Assembly (NCBI RefSeq): GCF_006345805.1
Contig: NC_043003.1
Location: 23,126,001-23,190,000, forward strand
Length of the DNA: 64,000 bases
DNA from: Octopus sinensis
Taxonomy: Eukaryota
Direction of reading: 5' to 3'
Shown here: positions 1 to 13,375 of the stretch, in pieces
Layout of the letters: every line of letters begins with the position of its first letter
How positions within the stretch are numbered: position 1 is the first letter of the stretch
The notes under the pieces: generated by a model
What the model saw: the letters and a program-made list of their open reading frames with translations, nothing else
The model's database searches: none
What the model was told of the DNA's origin: nothing
Made by a program: the position numbers and the translations under genes

Positions 1-19
1 GACGATATTTCTTCTGTTC

Positions 20-76
<57 letters not shown>

Positions 77-120
77 GTTATTGTTATTATTATTATTATT
101 ATTATTATTGTTATCATTAT
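1..120. repeat. (ATT)n microsatellite
   Basis: Direct read of tattattatt... with a few GTT interruptions. Confidence 0.95.
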
Positions 121-489
121 TTTATTTGTAAGTTTGTTGTTTCTTTTAAAACATAATTTTAAGTATTATTGGATGGCAGAACGTCAGACGGATTACATTT
201 CCGTATCGGTCATGGCTCTCTGCCATCTGTGTTCAAATTCTAATAAGGTAAGCTTTGCCTTTCCTTTCCCTCGTGTTAATAAATGAGGGCCAGAAAAGTT
301 GATTTCTGTCAGCTTGTCTACCTACCCTCTTTTCTCTGTATCGATTACATCACACCGTGAGAGGCGTTGCGGCAATCGTTCCTTTCTCCAAAATTGAAGG
401 AAGTAGACAACGGAGCAGGGGACATTATATAAAAACTAAAATGCTACGGGAAGCTTTTTGCATTTCTGTACAAAAGGTCGGTATCGGTG

Positions 490-870
490 GATTCTTATTT
501 CTCTATTGCCCACGAGGGGCTAAACATAGAGGGGACAAACAAGGACAGACAAAGGGATTACGTCGATTACATCGATTCCAGTGCGTAAATGCTACTTAAT
601 TTATCGACCCCGAAAGGATAAAAGGCAAAGTCGACCTCGGCGGAATTTGAACACAGAACGTAACAAACTAAATACCTCTTTCTTTACTACCCACAAAGAG
701 CTAAACACAGAGGGGACAACAAGGACAAAAAAAGGGATTAAGTCGATTACATCGACTCCAGTGTGTAACTGGTACTAAATTTATCGACCCCGAAAGGATG
801 AAATACTTTTGACCTCGGCAGAATTTGAACGCAGAGCCTTTCGCCAGGCTAACGTTTCTGCCAGCTCACC
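490..870 (-). mobile_element. Two head-to-tail copies of tRNA-derived SINE family 2 (first copy lacks its head)
   Basis: Reverse complement matches the intact copy at 53407-53638 (gtcgactttgcctttcatcctttcggggtcgataaa...gtccttgtttgtcccctctgtgtttagcccc) twice in tandem. Confidence 0.85.
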
Positions 871-2279
871 GATACCAGCGATACCGTCGGTATGGGTGGT
901 TTCTGTTAACCCCAGTACAGCGCATCATGGCTGATCCCTAGAGATATGAAGAAAGGTTTAACGTCAACAGTACACGACTGGGTTGTATTTATCGAGTTGC
1001 AAAAATATGAATGATTAAAGTTACCATTTGAACTGAGAGCACATTGAGTTAGAATAGCCCAAGGAATTCCATTCAAAGCCCCAAGGATTCTGCCAATTCG
1101 TCGCCATACGAATCAGCTGCTAAAGTTAATTTATTCAACTATCTTCCTTTCCTTCGGTCCTCAACCCTTGATGGAGCTGTAGGGGACCAATTGAGCCACA
1201 CGGTGTGTCTTAGGCTTGTGTTAGAAAGTACTGTTTATCAGTATTGCAGTCATGGGCCGGACGAAAATTTTAGTAGTCCAGAGAAAAATCATTTTAGCTT
1301 TTAATTAAAAACCAGACATCTAACTCGTAAATTGTATGATGCTCTTTCTATGACTTATCATATTATTCTCCTTGTCGAAAGGGGAATTGCATCGTCTTGA
1401 AGTCGCTTGTTAATTTTTCTTGTTGCCGTAGGACAACAAAAAAGTGAGATGGGGTCAGATATAACTAGCTACAGAAGGAAGAAGTGGTATCGCTCAGAGA
1501 AAGGCGAAAGATAGAAGAATTTTACGAATGACATTATTAACAATGAAATACATTGTTCAGTGAGAGTTTGACCTAAACACCAGCATTTATGAAATTTTAA
1601 TACGTTGTATTCAATGATTTTGGTTAAATTTGCAGCTGAATTTTGCCTAATATTTATGATACTGTTTATAACACTTCAATTTAATAAAATGCTAATTTTT
1701 CAATAATACTAATTTCTTGTCTAGCACATTTATCTTAAACATTTACTCAAATTTATAATTAAAAAATGTGAAATATCCCCATCACACATGCATGCATACA
1801 CACAAAACATTTGTTAGGCATTACATATATTATATAATAACAGTTTGACACAGCTCTGTATAAATTAAAGTTTCGTACGCTTATAGAACAAATCTAACTT
1901 ATGAGACAGCTACGAAGAGTAACAGAATATGACAAAATTGAAGATGTTTTTTACCTGTCTGGCCACTACTGAACACGACGTCAAGTTATTGGTTGGAAGA
2001 GGCACCAATTATTTTCTTTATTCTTAGGTCACCGTGGTAGAACAGGATGTTGGTACGTAGCTGTCACTGCTATGTCCCGAAACTGCAATATTGTTAATTC
2101 AGCAATATCTATTATTTGACTTTAATGCTGCACATTTGCAGGGCGGTATTTTTTGGCAGTTTGGTGAACTAACACACGACGTCAAGATCAGTTAGTCCTG
2201 CTTAGACAACATCGCGTTCAACATTGCAAGGCATTAAAGGTGCAAGCTCGCACTTACACAACCTTCAGAACACTGGCTC

Positions 2280-2760
2280 ATCAATAATATTCGAAGCACT
2301 ACCAACTGCTTACTGGGAAGATTCTACTACTTAAGGGCTGCAGTCCATAGATCCACGCTCAAACCATCTGATAAAATTACACGACATTACACAAACATGA
2401 TAGTCTATAACTTCGCAGGAAGGTATACACAGTATTTACACTTCTTCAGTTGCAGGAATAGGGAAACACCCACCCATTTCTTGAATGGATTATTATTGAT
2501 AGGACCCCTCCATTCTCATCTCGAGCTCATAATTGACAACTCCGCCTTCCCGAGACAACACATGCAATAACAACCTGCAGTATCTACTGACATGAAGAAT
2601 GAGCTATCATATTGTTGCTATAAGATGTATGCCCAGTTAATGAACATGAAGCCACTGCCAGCAAACAATCCATATATGCCATCACAGACTTGGCTGTTCC
2701 AAACAGAAGGGTTCAATGTTCGATCAATCTGCACGTACCTTTGTTCATAAACTGGGTTCA
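2280..2760 (+). mobile_element. Possible very degenerate Ty3/Gypsy integrase remnant
   Basis: Only scattered, frameshifted peptide resemblances (CLLGR, KLHD, IGPLHSHLELIID, PYMPSQT) to integrase motifs. Confidence 0.2.
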
Positions 2761-3689
2761 CTTAATACTTTGTTAAGTGGAATTTAATCAACAGAAATTG
2801 GGCAGAAATAAGTGAATTAACTAAACAAACGTATCTATGCTTGTATCTGTTTTCATGTTATGGGGGAGCAGTGGTGCCAATAAAAACCAGTGTGGTGTCA
2901 GGTATAGTACTTTAGCAACCTGACAAACATCGACGAATAAAATAAGCGCCGCATTTAATATAATGAAGTAAATCACATGAACAATATTGCTGTAGTCCTG
3001 TCATTGAAACTTCTTGAAACTCCTAAAGAAATATAGTATAAAGCAAAAATAATAAAGATTTAGTTAGCAGGGCTAGCAACGTATATAATAATTTCATATC
3101 TCACGAAACGTTATTATTTTATATTGTTCCTTCTGTAACAGCTGGAGTCAAAATTAGCTTTTGCTTCAGCGCTAAAAGTACGTTTTATTGTTAAAAGTAC
3201 ACAGTTGGCTCTGCAACTGGGATGATTAATGGGAAATGATGTTGCTTTCAGGATGCAGATACTGTTTTTTTTTTTAAACTATGATTAAGCTGCACATTCA
3301 ACGAATGTTTAAAACCAAACATTGGCAATTGCTACACAGTAATGTAATTCTGGATGGAAGCTCGTTTAGATACATTTAAAACAGTCAAAAGCGTCAGGGT
3401 TATGTCAAAGCCATTTGAAACACGGCCAAAATGTATGATGAAGTCGTTAAACATACGCCAATGTAAACCAAGTTAGAATAAAGAAGTCATATGGAAGATA
3501 CATGAATTGCTGCTATAAACGAAAATCAGGAATGAATTTGTGTGTGCGCGTGCGTGTGTACGTGTGTGTGTGTGTATGCATGTGTGTGTATGTGAGTACA
3601 CTTTGTTAGAGTGGAAATACTTTAGAAAGTAATGTAGAAAGTAATGCGGTTTAATTTAATCGAAATATCTCCGGTCTCAAAAGATACGA

Positions 3690-4242
3690 TCCTTGTATAC
3701 ACACACACACACACACATACACACACATACACACACACACATACACACACATACACACACACACACATACACATATATATATATATATATAAATATAAAA
3801 GGAAATAATTTTATTCTCAAACGTAGGATAATGCCAATAATATAGCATGAACAGAATAAACAACCCATATTTTGCAGAAAAATATGTCGGCGGCCATACA
3901 AACATACACACACAAATATGTATGCATGTATATGAATCTATATATATGTGTGTGTGTGTGTGTGTGAGTGTGTTTTGAGATTTGGTTGGGAACTCTGTAC
4001 ATAGAGCACTTTTGGAAAATACAGGTCATTAAGTACTTTCGACAATATTCTCAACAACCTAAAAGAAATATTACACACACACACACACATACACACACAT
4101 ATACTCAAACAGACAGACACACATATCGAGCGTTCAAAAAGTGGAAAGAGACAGAACACATGAGAGAAAGATAGATCAATAGATAGATAGACAGATAGAT
4201 AGATAGATTGATAGATAGATAAAAAGAGTGAGCGAAGGAGAA

Positions 4243-4297
<55 letters not shown>

Positions 4298-4320
4298 AGA
4301 GACTGAAAGAGAGAGAAGGT
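3690..4320. repeat. Compound (CA)n/(TA)n/(TG)n/(AGAT)n/(AG)n microsatellites
   Basis: Direct read; explains the overlapping CVCV/HTHT ORFs. Confidence 0.9.
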
Positions 4321-4648
4321 AGATATGTTATATATAACCGTATTGCATAGTGGAACAGTTCAGTTTTGTTCTATAGCATTCTCCGCCGCCGATTCTGCTT
4401 CATTTATGACATGCACATTTTGGAAAACTGTGCCACTTGCACTCCTAGAATACAGTCAATTAAACATCTACTATACACATTCTTGAAACCAAAGAGATAA
4501 TGCATATACCACGTATTGTCTTCAGAACGTTCGTATGCGTATAGGCACGTGGGTGTTTGAGTCTCGGTTCATGCCGAATGTTTGGCATCGTACACGTTCT
4601 ATTAGTTTATATATGCGTGTATGTGTGTGTTTGTTTGTGTGTGTGTGT

Positions 4649-4775
4649 GAAGGCGCATGGATTAGTGGTAAGGGTGTTGCACTCGTGATTGCGAGATCGT
4701 GGATTGGTTTCTAGACCGAGCGTTGCGATGGGTTCTTGAGCAGAGCACTTCATTTCACGTTGTTCTGCGATCATT
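4649..4775 (+). mobile_element. SINE family 3 (tRNA-Arg-like head), 3'-truncated
   Basis: aggcgcatggattagtggtaagggtg...ttcttgagcagagcacttcatttcacgttg matches the copies at 21540 and 58778. Confidence 0.75.
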
Positions 4776-4944
4776 GCATCATCTGACACATGGCACACGG
4801 TTCACCTATACAGATGATTTGATGGAGGGAGTGAGCTTATGTGTTCACTATGAACAAATATTCGATGCGCTTGTTCGGCAAAAAATTGCCGGACGGGCAC
4901 ACATCGTCTAATGACGAGAGAGTTAGTGATATATATATTTATGC

Positions 4945-5001
<57 letters not shown>

Positions 5002-5189
5002 ATTACGGAGATGTACTCTTGCATAGCGAGATGCAGCACGAAGTTTTGTCAGTGAACAGGTCGCGGTCTCAAAGCGACGAAAATATTTTGACAAAATAAA
5101 TTTAAATGTTGAAGTGAATCTGACGGATTTTGTGTGTTTCTACAATGCCTTATAAACACCTTCCACGCTGCAATTGTTTATATATATAT

Positions 5190-5228
<39 letters not shown>

Positions 5229-5618
5229 GGGTGAAAGAGGTGCTGCTGTGTCTCCAATTTGCTTATCGCAGTAAGTAAATATAATGCTCATTGCGTGCAT
5301 GTAGTTACTTGTCATAGAATTAATAATTAATTACACTGGAGTGACATTCCTCATTAATATGCATATGTAAAGTGAATATGAAGTGGATATAGAATGTGTA
5401 AATTATTCGAATCAGTAATCATGTCTATGTGTTTTATACATACATATATATATATATTATATATATATATATATATATACACACAGAATTATTATATTGA
5501 TATTTATTTTTTTAGGAATTTATAGATTTGTTTATAACAACGTATGCATGAGTGCGTGTGTGCACATGTATATATATATAGGCACACATACGCAATTATA
5601 CACACACACACGCACATA

Positions 5619-5702
<84 letters not shown>

Positions 5703-5916
5703 TATATATATATATACATATACGTACAGACACTAATAGATATATCCATGTTTGTGTGAATGTGTGCTTGTGTATATTTAATAAGTATACCATACATACT
5801 AAGATGTATACATAAATATACATGCTTATATATAAATAGATACACACACACACACACGCACACACACATATATATACATATACATACATATATATATATA
5901 ATTGCTTTGTTTGCTG

Positions 5917-5953
<37 letters not shown>

Positions 5954-6699
5954 ATATATATATGTAACTGTACCCATAGCTATGATCCATATTATATACA
6001 TAATCAATATTTCGTATGTATTATGAATATATTATGCGATTTATGATGACTGAAATTAATGGCATGTTCTTAACGTAATTAACTGAAACTAGCAATGTGA
6101 AGACGTTCACTGCCAACTTTTTGCACTCTACTTGACACCAGCAATAATATATATACTAATATGTTTTATTGATCTTCACTATGATTTCATGTCCTCCTCA
6201 ACTAAGGTTTCTGGAATAATAATCTCAATGAAAATGAGCTTGGATGTAAAATCATATTTGTCAAGGATCTATTGAAGTTTATTATATAGATATGGAGTGA
6301 AAATTCAAAACCGCTTTTAAACTCTGTGTACATTTTCCTTGTATTGCTTCTAATTTAGAAAATATAACTTTTACATCTATAGCTCTAGTGTTTTGAGTAA
6401 TCTAGGCACGTGAGAAGACCTCATGTTTGAAAATGTGGTTGGGAATTGACAAACGATTTTGGATCTCTTTTGAGATCCACAGTACTGAGGTTTATGGTGC
6501 GTTGAAAGGCCGCACAACTCTTAAGACGGAGAGCTGGTCTGAATGCTTGGGCCAGAGTTTAGCCGAATTCCGCTAAATGCACCCAAATACAAAACGGTGA
6601 AATTAAACAGGGTGCCTACCACCCTTGTTAACCACTGATCTATTTCTGATCACCGCATTAAACTTTGATATCTAAACAAAATTCTATATTCTAGTTAGA

Positions 6700-7260
6700 T
6701 TCTTAGAAATGTTTTTGCTCACTACAGGACAGCATCTTCCTAGCCTAACATAGACATTCTACTATGGTCAGTAAATGGATCCATGTATGGCGGCTTAAGA
6801 ATAATACAACCTCATACGAAATTAAATGGAAGATCAAAGAGCGGCCGGGGGTCCTACGTTAACCAGAGTGGTCGATGCAAGTCTGCATAGCAGAGCGATC
6901 AAGAATACTCAAGAACACTGTGTCTATTTCAAATGCTAAAAGCGAGATTTATAGTCCATGCCTCCACTTGAAGCGTTACCTGATACAGGCATGGGATTCC
7001 TCACTCGAAAAGTCCCCGCATACTGAAAACAGTCTAGGAGCATAGATTCTCCTTTCGTCCCTTTCGCCACTTAAGTCCATTTGCGCTGGTTCAAGGGAAA
7101 TAACTCGGTCAAGCCTCAAACACAGTTTTAGCCTTTGTTTGCATATTAACTGACTGTATATGTGTAAGTGTGTGCTTGAAGAGGGATATGCACCCACCAT
7201 TGAGTCTGATGAGCCGTCTATAAAAACTGGCGGTCACGCTATAACCAGACATATAATTAC
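6700..7260 (+). mobile_element. Penelope-like element 3' end: GIY-YIG endonuclease C-terminus plus 3' UTR
   Basis: Frameshifted translation STMVSKWIHVWRLKNNTTSYEIKWKIKERP / GSYVNQSGRC / VCIAERSRILKN...AKSEIYSPCLHLKRYLI is typical of the PLE EN tail; stop at 7043-7045; decayed HHR at 7206. Confidence 0.75.
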
Positions 7261-7383
7261 CAGCCTGTAAATACATTACTGCTCTAACATTTAGAGTGTG
7301 CTTCTTTTTCGGATATATGATGATCTACTGACGATATGTATATATATATACACAGGGACTATATGTATATATATATATATATA

Positions 7384-7745
7384 CAGGGTGCAATGGGTAA
7401 ATTTTCGCCATTTTATGTTTTTAATTTCATGCATGCGCATTGTTTGTTTTTGATCTTAGCGACTTCACAGTAAAGCAGGATTAGTTGGGCACCGTCTGTG
7501 GGAAAATGAGCACCATAACGCAATCCACTCTGTCAGAAATTTGGAAACGACATACTCTACTGCCTGGCATTCGCGCTAGAAGCTCCAATACGAACATTTC
7601 AGTGTTTGGATGTCAAACTGAGGACAATCTGAATGCAATCTGAGGACATGTACCGAGAGTGATAAAGATCAAACATCAGTCAACGTCATGGTGTTTGGAT
7701 TGATCACTAGTGATGGCGACATTATGCCTCCATTCATCATCCCAT
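7384..7745 (+). mobile_element. Tc1/mariner-superfamily (maT/rosa-like) remnant: left TIR plus internally deleted transposase
   Basis: TA|CAGGGTG terminus at 7382-7390; peptide KHQ.NVMVFGLITSDGDIMPPFII near 7670-7742. Confidence 0.6.
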
Positions 7746-7749
7746 AGCT

Positions 7750-7965
7750 GTCAACATACTTCCCTCTTAACCGCCTCACTCAGTACATGGAAGGCGGGCA
7801 TCCACCAGGAAATCAATGTGGCTTCAAAGAGAGCCGTGAGACGATCGACCTGATCTTTGCGGCACGTCAACTTCAGAAGTGTCACGAACAGTCTGCATCG
7901 GACTGATCGGCTATAGCCGGACACACCTACACATCCTCGGTACTCACTGATAACGACAGACGATA
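7750..7965 (+). mobile_element. RTE-clade LINE remnant: RT N-part fused directly to the ORF C-terminus
   Basis: LNRLTQYMEGGHPPGNQCGFKESRETIDLIFAARQLQK joined near 7890 to IGLIGYSRTH, followed by an RTE-like tail. Confidence 0.7.
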
Positions 7966-8049
7966 GTTAGAGATGGTGGAAATGATAGCAAAATTACTCT
8001 CTTTACGGACATAGAATTATACGATCTTGATCACTTAGTTAACCCACGT

Positions 8050-8650
8050 CATGAAACGAAGCCTACACGAGGATTATATGAGGATGCTACACGGGAAGAT
8101 ATTCGATCTAATAAGGTGCATGATATGGAAGGCATACTTCTACAATGAAGCAACACCGCGCTCGGAGGTCAACAGTTACAGCATCAGATTCAGAAGGTTT
8201 GCACCTAGAATCAAAGGCTCTGAGGCCTTCCAAGCGACCCAACTGGGTATCAACTCCAAACTGAGATTCTGGAAAACCTCCAACACTTTTTTAGCGCCAA
8301 CTTTCTTCTGATATACGTCTTCTTAAAGACTCTGATTGGGCTTTACTGTTCTCCGATAAAACAAAGGGAAGGAAAAGAGAAGATACCACCCTGAATGATA
8401 GTCTATAAAAGAATAACTCACTAAATTATAGACAAGCTTCGCAACACAAATACAGTCGCATAAACAACAAAGCCAAACAGTTAGCCAGCAATCCGGGAAT
8501 ATGGGACAGATTGAAAGAGTTAGCTACGAGAAATGCTTTTATTTCCATAAGAAATCAGAAACCGAAATCGCCAAAAACACAAAAACCCATGTAAATCGGG
8601 AATCGGACTGGTGAGCAAGCATAAATTGAGAAAGAAACGATTACACTCCA
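8050..8650 (+). mobile_element. Penelope-like element ORF N-terminus / RT N-part (degenerate)
   Basis: KIFDLIRCMIWKAYFY, KLRFWKTSNTF..SDIRLLKDSDWALLFSDKT, SRINNKAKQLASNPGIWDRL, NAFISIRNQKP and SGIGLVSKHKL, with frameshifts. Confidence 0.75.
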
Positions 8651-8712
8651 TATCGCGTACTACTAATGAACTTATTTCATGGTTTAAGGAATGCTTTAAG
8701 AAGCAGGGCAAG

Positions 8713-9072
8713 GTTTTGGAGATGCAAAAGTATTTTGAGGATGCAAAAGGCCTGTGTTTATTGAATATTTCGAAAGGGTCACACCATCAGCAGGGAGTAC
8801 TATGTCAACATGTTCAGGCATTTACGAATGGCTATCAAGAACAAAATACAGGAAAACTGAAGGAGGGGGACTTCATCAGGAAAATGCTCAATAAAACAAG
8901 CCCTTAGTATCAATGTCTTTTGTGCGTCACTGTGGTTTTGAACTCGTTGATCAGATTTGGCCCCATCTAATTATCATCTGTTCTCGATCATGAAAAAAAC
9001 CCCACTTTACTGGAAACCAATATCGCAGTGATGATGATGTGTTATCTGCTGTTGGTGAGACTTTTGACCAGT
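8713..9072 (+). mobile_element. mariner transposase catalytic-domain fragment (irritans-like)
   Basis: DAKGL..IEYFEKGHTISREYYVNMFRHLRMAIKNK...GFELVD..DLAPSNYHLF..NQYRSDDDVLSAV after frameshift correction. Confidence 0.7.
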
Positions 9073-9477
9073 GACTATTGAAGTCTTCTTTGAGCAATTA
9101 GATGTCACTTTAGTTTGAATGAAAAAAATGCAACTGTTGAGAAGAACTGACATTAATGCATGCAAAATTTCGCATGCTCTAGTGTCACTGTTTCAAAGAC
9201 TGAAATTTTCTGCCCACCTTCGTAGCTAGATGCTTATGTGGTTCTAGAGTGAATACAATTATATATGTGTTGCGTAGTGATGGTAAATAGACATACATAC
9301 GTATATACACATATGAATATATATATATATATACACATACATATATGTATATATATATACTCATATATGTATACATACATATATGTATATATATATATTA
9401 TACTTATGTGTATACATACATATATATATATATATTATATATATATATATATATATAGTTATGTGTGTATATATATG

Positions 9478-9582
<105 letters not shown>

Positions 9583-9871
9583 AAGTATCTGTGTCTGTAT
9601 GTGTGTGTATGTGTTTATTCCCTTTAAATCCGAAATTGACGGAATACTGTATGTTGCTATTTTCATTTTAGATCCCATTCTATATATCGCTTGTAATAAG
9701 ATGATCCTGTCCACTCTACTCGATAGAATATATATCATTAGCTCTATACCAACCTTTTACACATTTCGCATACTAACAAAGTGCAATGCTTCTGAGGGAG
9801 TATAACACAATGATGGATGATCGTGAGAGAAGGTGACTTCTTCAAGATATGCAAGTCATGCTTGTATGGGA

Positions 9872-9922
<51 letters not shown>
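9872..9922. repeat. (TTA)n tract at the 3' end of the Dong/R4-like element
   Basis: Direct read. Confidence 0.95.
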
Positions 9923-9925
<3 letters not shown>

Positions 9926-10806
9926 TAGTTTTATTTTTATAGCGTGCTTTCACTTCACTACCGAGCGCAGCTCTGTGTGCCTTGGTATGTGCTGTGATTT
10001 GTTGTGATGCTCTGATGGTTATTGTATGGAAGTGTTCTGCGTAGGATGTGTGCAGTGCCTAGTAGTGCAATTTTCTGTATGTTTATGTGTTTGTAAGTCG
10101 TGGTGTTTTTGTTATGTATCTCTTTCTGATATTTTTTTGGCTTTGAGAATGTATCTTCGTACGTTAGCTAATTTATTAGGGTTCATTGCTGTATCCAAGT
10201 CTATACCTCTATTATTTTCCTTCCATATTTTATATGTATGTGTTGTTGTATTTTTCATTTTGTGGGTAGAGCATTGCTGTGAAGTATGCGTGTAAGATAG
10301 AAATGTATTCCTCACGTGTCCATTTACGTCCTTTGGGTTTTATTGCGGGACATGAGGTACAACGTCCGGCCCATTATTTTGACGGTCGTCATTTTCGTAG
10401 GGTACCGGTCCGTTTTTTCTGTTGTCACATTATTTCGCACGTGTAGTTTTTCGTACATTTTTTGTTGTAGGTTTAATGTACGTACCGCTCGATTGTTATT
10501 CTTGGGTTGAATAGTATCGGTGGCATTTAATTTCTTCGTAGTTCCTTTGTACATGGTGTTTGAGGTCGGGGATGATCGTGTTGTTCACGCATGTTTACAT
10601 GTGTTGTGTTAGAGGTGGAGATAATATCGAGTCAAAATACATCATTTCGTTTCGAAAATAGTAATAAATTTCAATTCGTATTACTTACTCGGATATAGTC
10701 CAATTCTTTGTTAGTAAATCTTGTGCTCCATAGGTGTCCTTGTTTTCGATGTTTTGGATAGATTTCGGAGCTCTGTATTTTCCTCTTACATCTAAACGTC
10801 CCCGGT
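9923..10806 (-). mobile_element. Non-autonomous, internally deleted R4/Dong-clade non-LTR retroelement
   Basis: Minus strand: N-terminal WTREEYISILHAYF...TYKIWKENN...NPNKLANVRRYILKAK joined near 10112 to C-terminal NIQKIALLGTAHILRRTL; ends in (TAA)n. Confidence 0.75.
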
Positions 10807-10817
10807 GTCTTCTTCTT

Positions 10818-10848
<31 letters not shown>

Positions 10849-10856
10849 TTATTATA

Positions 10857-10908
<52 letters not shown>

Positions 10909-10984
10909 GTTGTTGTTGTTGCTGTTGTTGTTGTTGTTATTATTATTATTATCATTTTCATTATTATTATCATCATCATTATTG

Positions 10985-11035
<51 letters not shown>

Positions 11036-11057
11036 CATTATTATTATTATTATTATT

Positions 11058-11090
<33 letters not shown>

Positions 11091-11133
11091 ATTATTATTA
11101 TCATTTTCATTATTATTATCATCATCATTATTG

Positions 11134-11188
<55 letters not shown>

Positions 11189-11190
11189 GT
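10807..11190. repeat. Compound (TTC)n/(TTA)n/(TTG)n triplet array with an internal ~149-bp duplication
   Basis: The motif atcattttcattattattatcatcatcattattgtttt occurs at 10951 and at 11100. Confidence 0.9.
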
Positions 11191-12124
11191 GGGAGCATGA
11201 TTATCAAATATCTGCTCGTCCCTTTTGTCGTAATGCACCGAACAAAAATACTAATAAATAAGCATTACGTGACTTCATAAAATATTCTCTAGGTGTTGTA
11301 ACTTGAATTTTGAATAACGATAAACACAAAGAGTGTGTAACCCAACTTGCTAAATAGATGGTTCTTCCCTATACATGGCGTTAAAGTAGTTTTTAGTAAA
11401 GTGATTATGATTTATGAAAATTTCAGACCCTCCTGATTGTTCGTTCTTTTCTTGCATGTACTTAGGGGTTTTGCGCAGTGGATGTCATATTGTGTTAGTG
11501 CCGTCTTTTATTGGCACTGACAGCTGTGCTTGCACAGTGGACCTACATGTATTTGGAGAGGAAACTCAAGGATGCACAATCATACGATCAATTTTAAAGG
11601 TTGTACGACCGGACTAGCCTAATCTACTGGATTATTTGTATCTACTTGTCTGACAAAATCGAGACAGATATTTCTGAAGAAGCCCCATATATATATATTT
11701 AATTGACTTCATATCGTTCTCTATGGTGAATCCATTGCCACAGAAAACAACAATTTGAACTATATTTTTTAAGATGGAAATTCTATATATTGATAAATAC
11801 AGATGGATCTTGAATAGAGGGAATGGCAACTAAGAAATACAATAGTTAAGCAGTATTTCAATACTATTTTATTTATATATCATAATACGTAACAGGAAGT
11901 AATTAAGTTACATATTTGGAAATATATCGTAGTTAATCAATGCTTTATCCGAAAATATGTTTAGAAACAGGAAATTTCATCTTTGTACTTTAATGTCTGA
12001 CATAGCCCACACACGTGTGTGCATTAATATATGCAATATTTATGTCTAAAGAAAGTACTCACACGCACAAACACACACACACGCATGCACATGCATACAC
12101 ACACACACACGCACACATATATAA

Positions 12125-12304
12125 ATGGATCAAAAATGTTTGATTAAAATTCGTTGGTACTCTCGTGTTTCAAGCACGATGCTAGTAGTCGGTCATTTTG
12201 TATCTGAATGGCTGACGACATTCAAAGTCAAAATGGGTGACGACTAGCATCACGCTTGAAACGCGTGCGCACCAACGAATTTGAATCAAACTGTTTTGAT
12301 CCAT
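12125..12304. mobile_element. ~180-bp palindromic foldback/MITE
   Basis: Left arm atggatcaaaaatgtttgattaaaattcgttggt...gatgctagtagtcggtcattttg is the reverse complement of the right arm at roughly 80% identity (by eye). Confidence 0.7.
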
Positions 12305-12360
12305 ACCTGTAACTCCCAATAAATTGGTTGAGTTCTCTTCTTCCGTTTGTCCACTCACTT

Positions 12361-12361
12361 G

Positions 12362-12435
<74 letters not shown>

Positions 12436-12465
12436 CCTATCTATCTATCTATTTATCTATCTACG

Positions 12466-12540
<75 letters not shown>

Positions 12541-12541
12541 T
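12361..12541. repeat. (CTAT)n tetranucleotide array
   Basis: Direct read. Confidence 0.95.
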
Positions 12542-13140
12542 ACTTGAGGCCAATACACTTCTGTTGAACTTTATATCGCTGCTATTATGTTAAACTGTCG
12601 TACATACATATGCATCTTGACCAGTACTTTCTTTAGCGAGATTTTTGAAATTGATATTTATTGGATTTCATAGTGAGGAATATTCACTTCAACCACATTC
12701 AAACACGCTTTCTAATCTGTCGACAGATTAGAAAGCTCGTTTGAATGTACATAAAGAAATATGTTTTTCTCCTATCCTACTTTTTTCAATATACTGAATA
12801 CCTTGGGTTACGAAAATGATGTGGATACATGAAGGTAAATATATTTTATAATTATTTTATTTTTTCTTAAAATATGGTATATACAAATGAAGATCGGAAA
12901 ATGTGCTTCTAAATTGAAATAATTTTTAAAAATTGTTTATTTTCCTTGTACATTAATCGTGAAACTAGTTTTGTATTGACCACGGTAACTAATAAAATAG
13001 ACTCCATTTATTCCGCGCGCCTTATATCATTTTCGTACCAAGGAGAATAGTCTGTTTGTTTTTATTTTAAAAACAACGGCCATTCAACACGTAGGTTTTC
13101 GTGTTTAACTGCTCTTTCTCCCCCTCTCTCTCCTTCTCTG

Positions 13141-13197
<57 letters not shown>

Positions 13198-13214
13198 ATC
13201 TATCTATCTCTCTA

Positions 13215-13375
<161 letters not shown>

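Noticed and set aside
12212-12268. CUGACGA...GAAACGCGUG inside the palindrome
   Set aside because: No stem I or II pairing, and H17 would be G.
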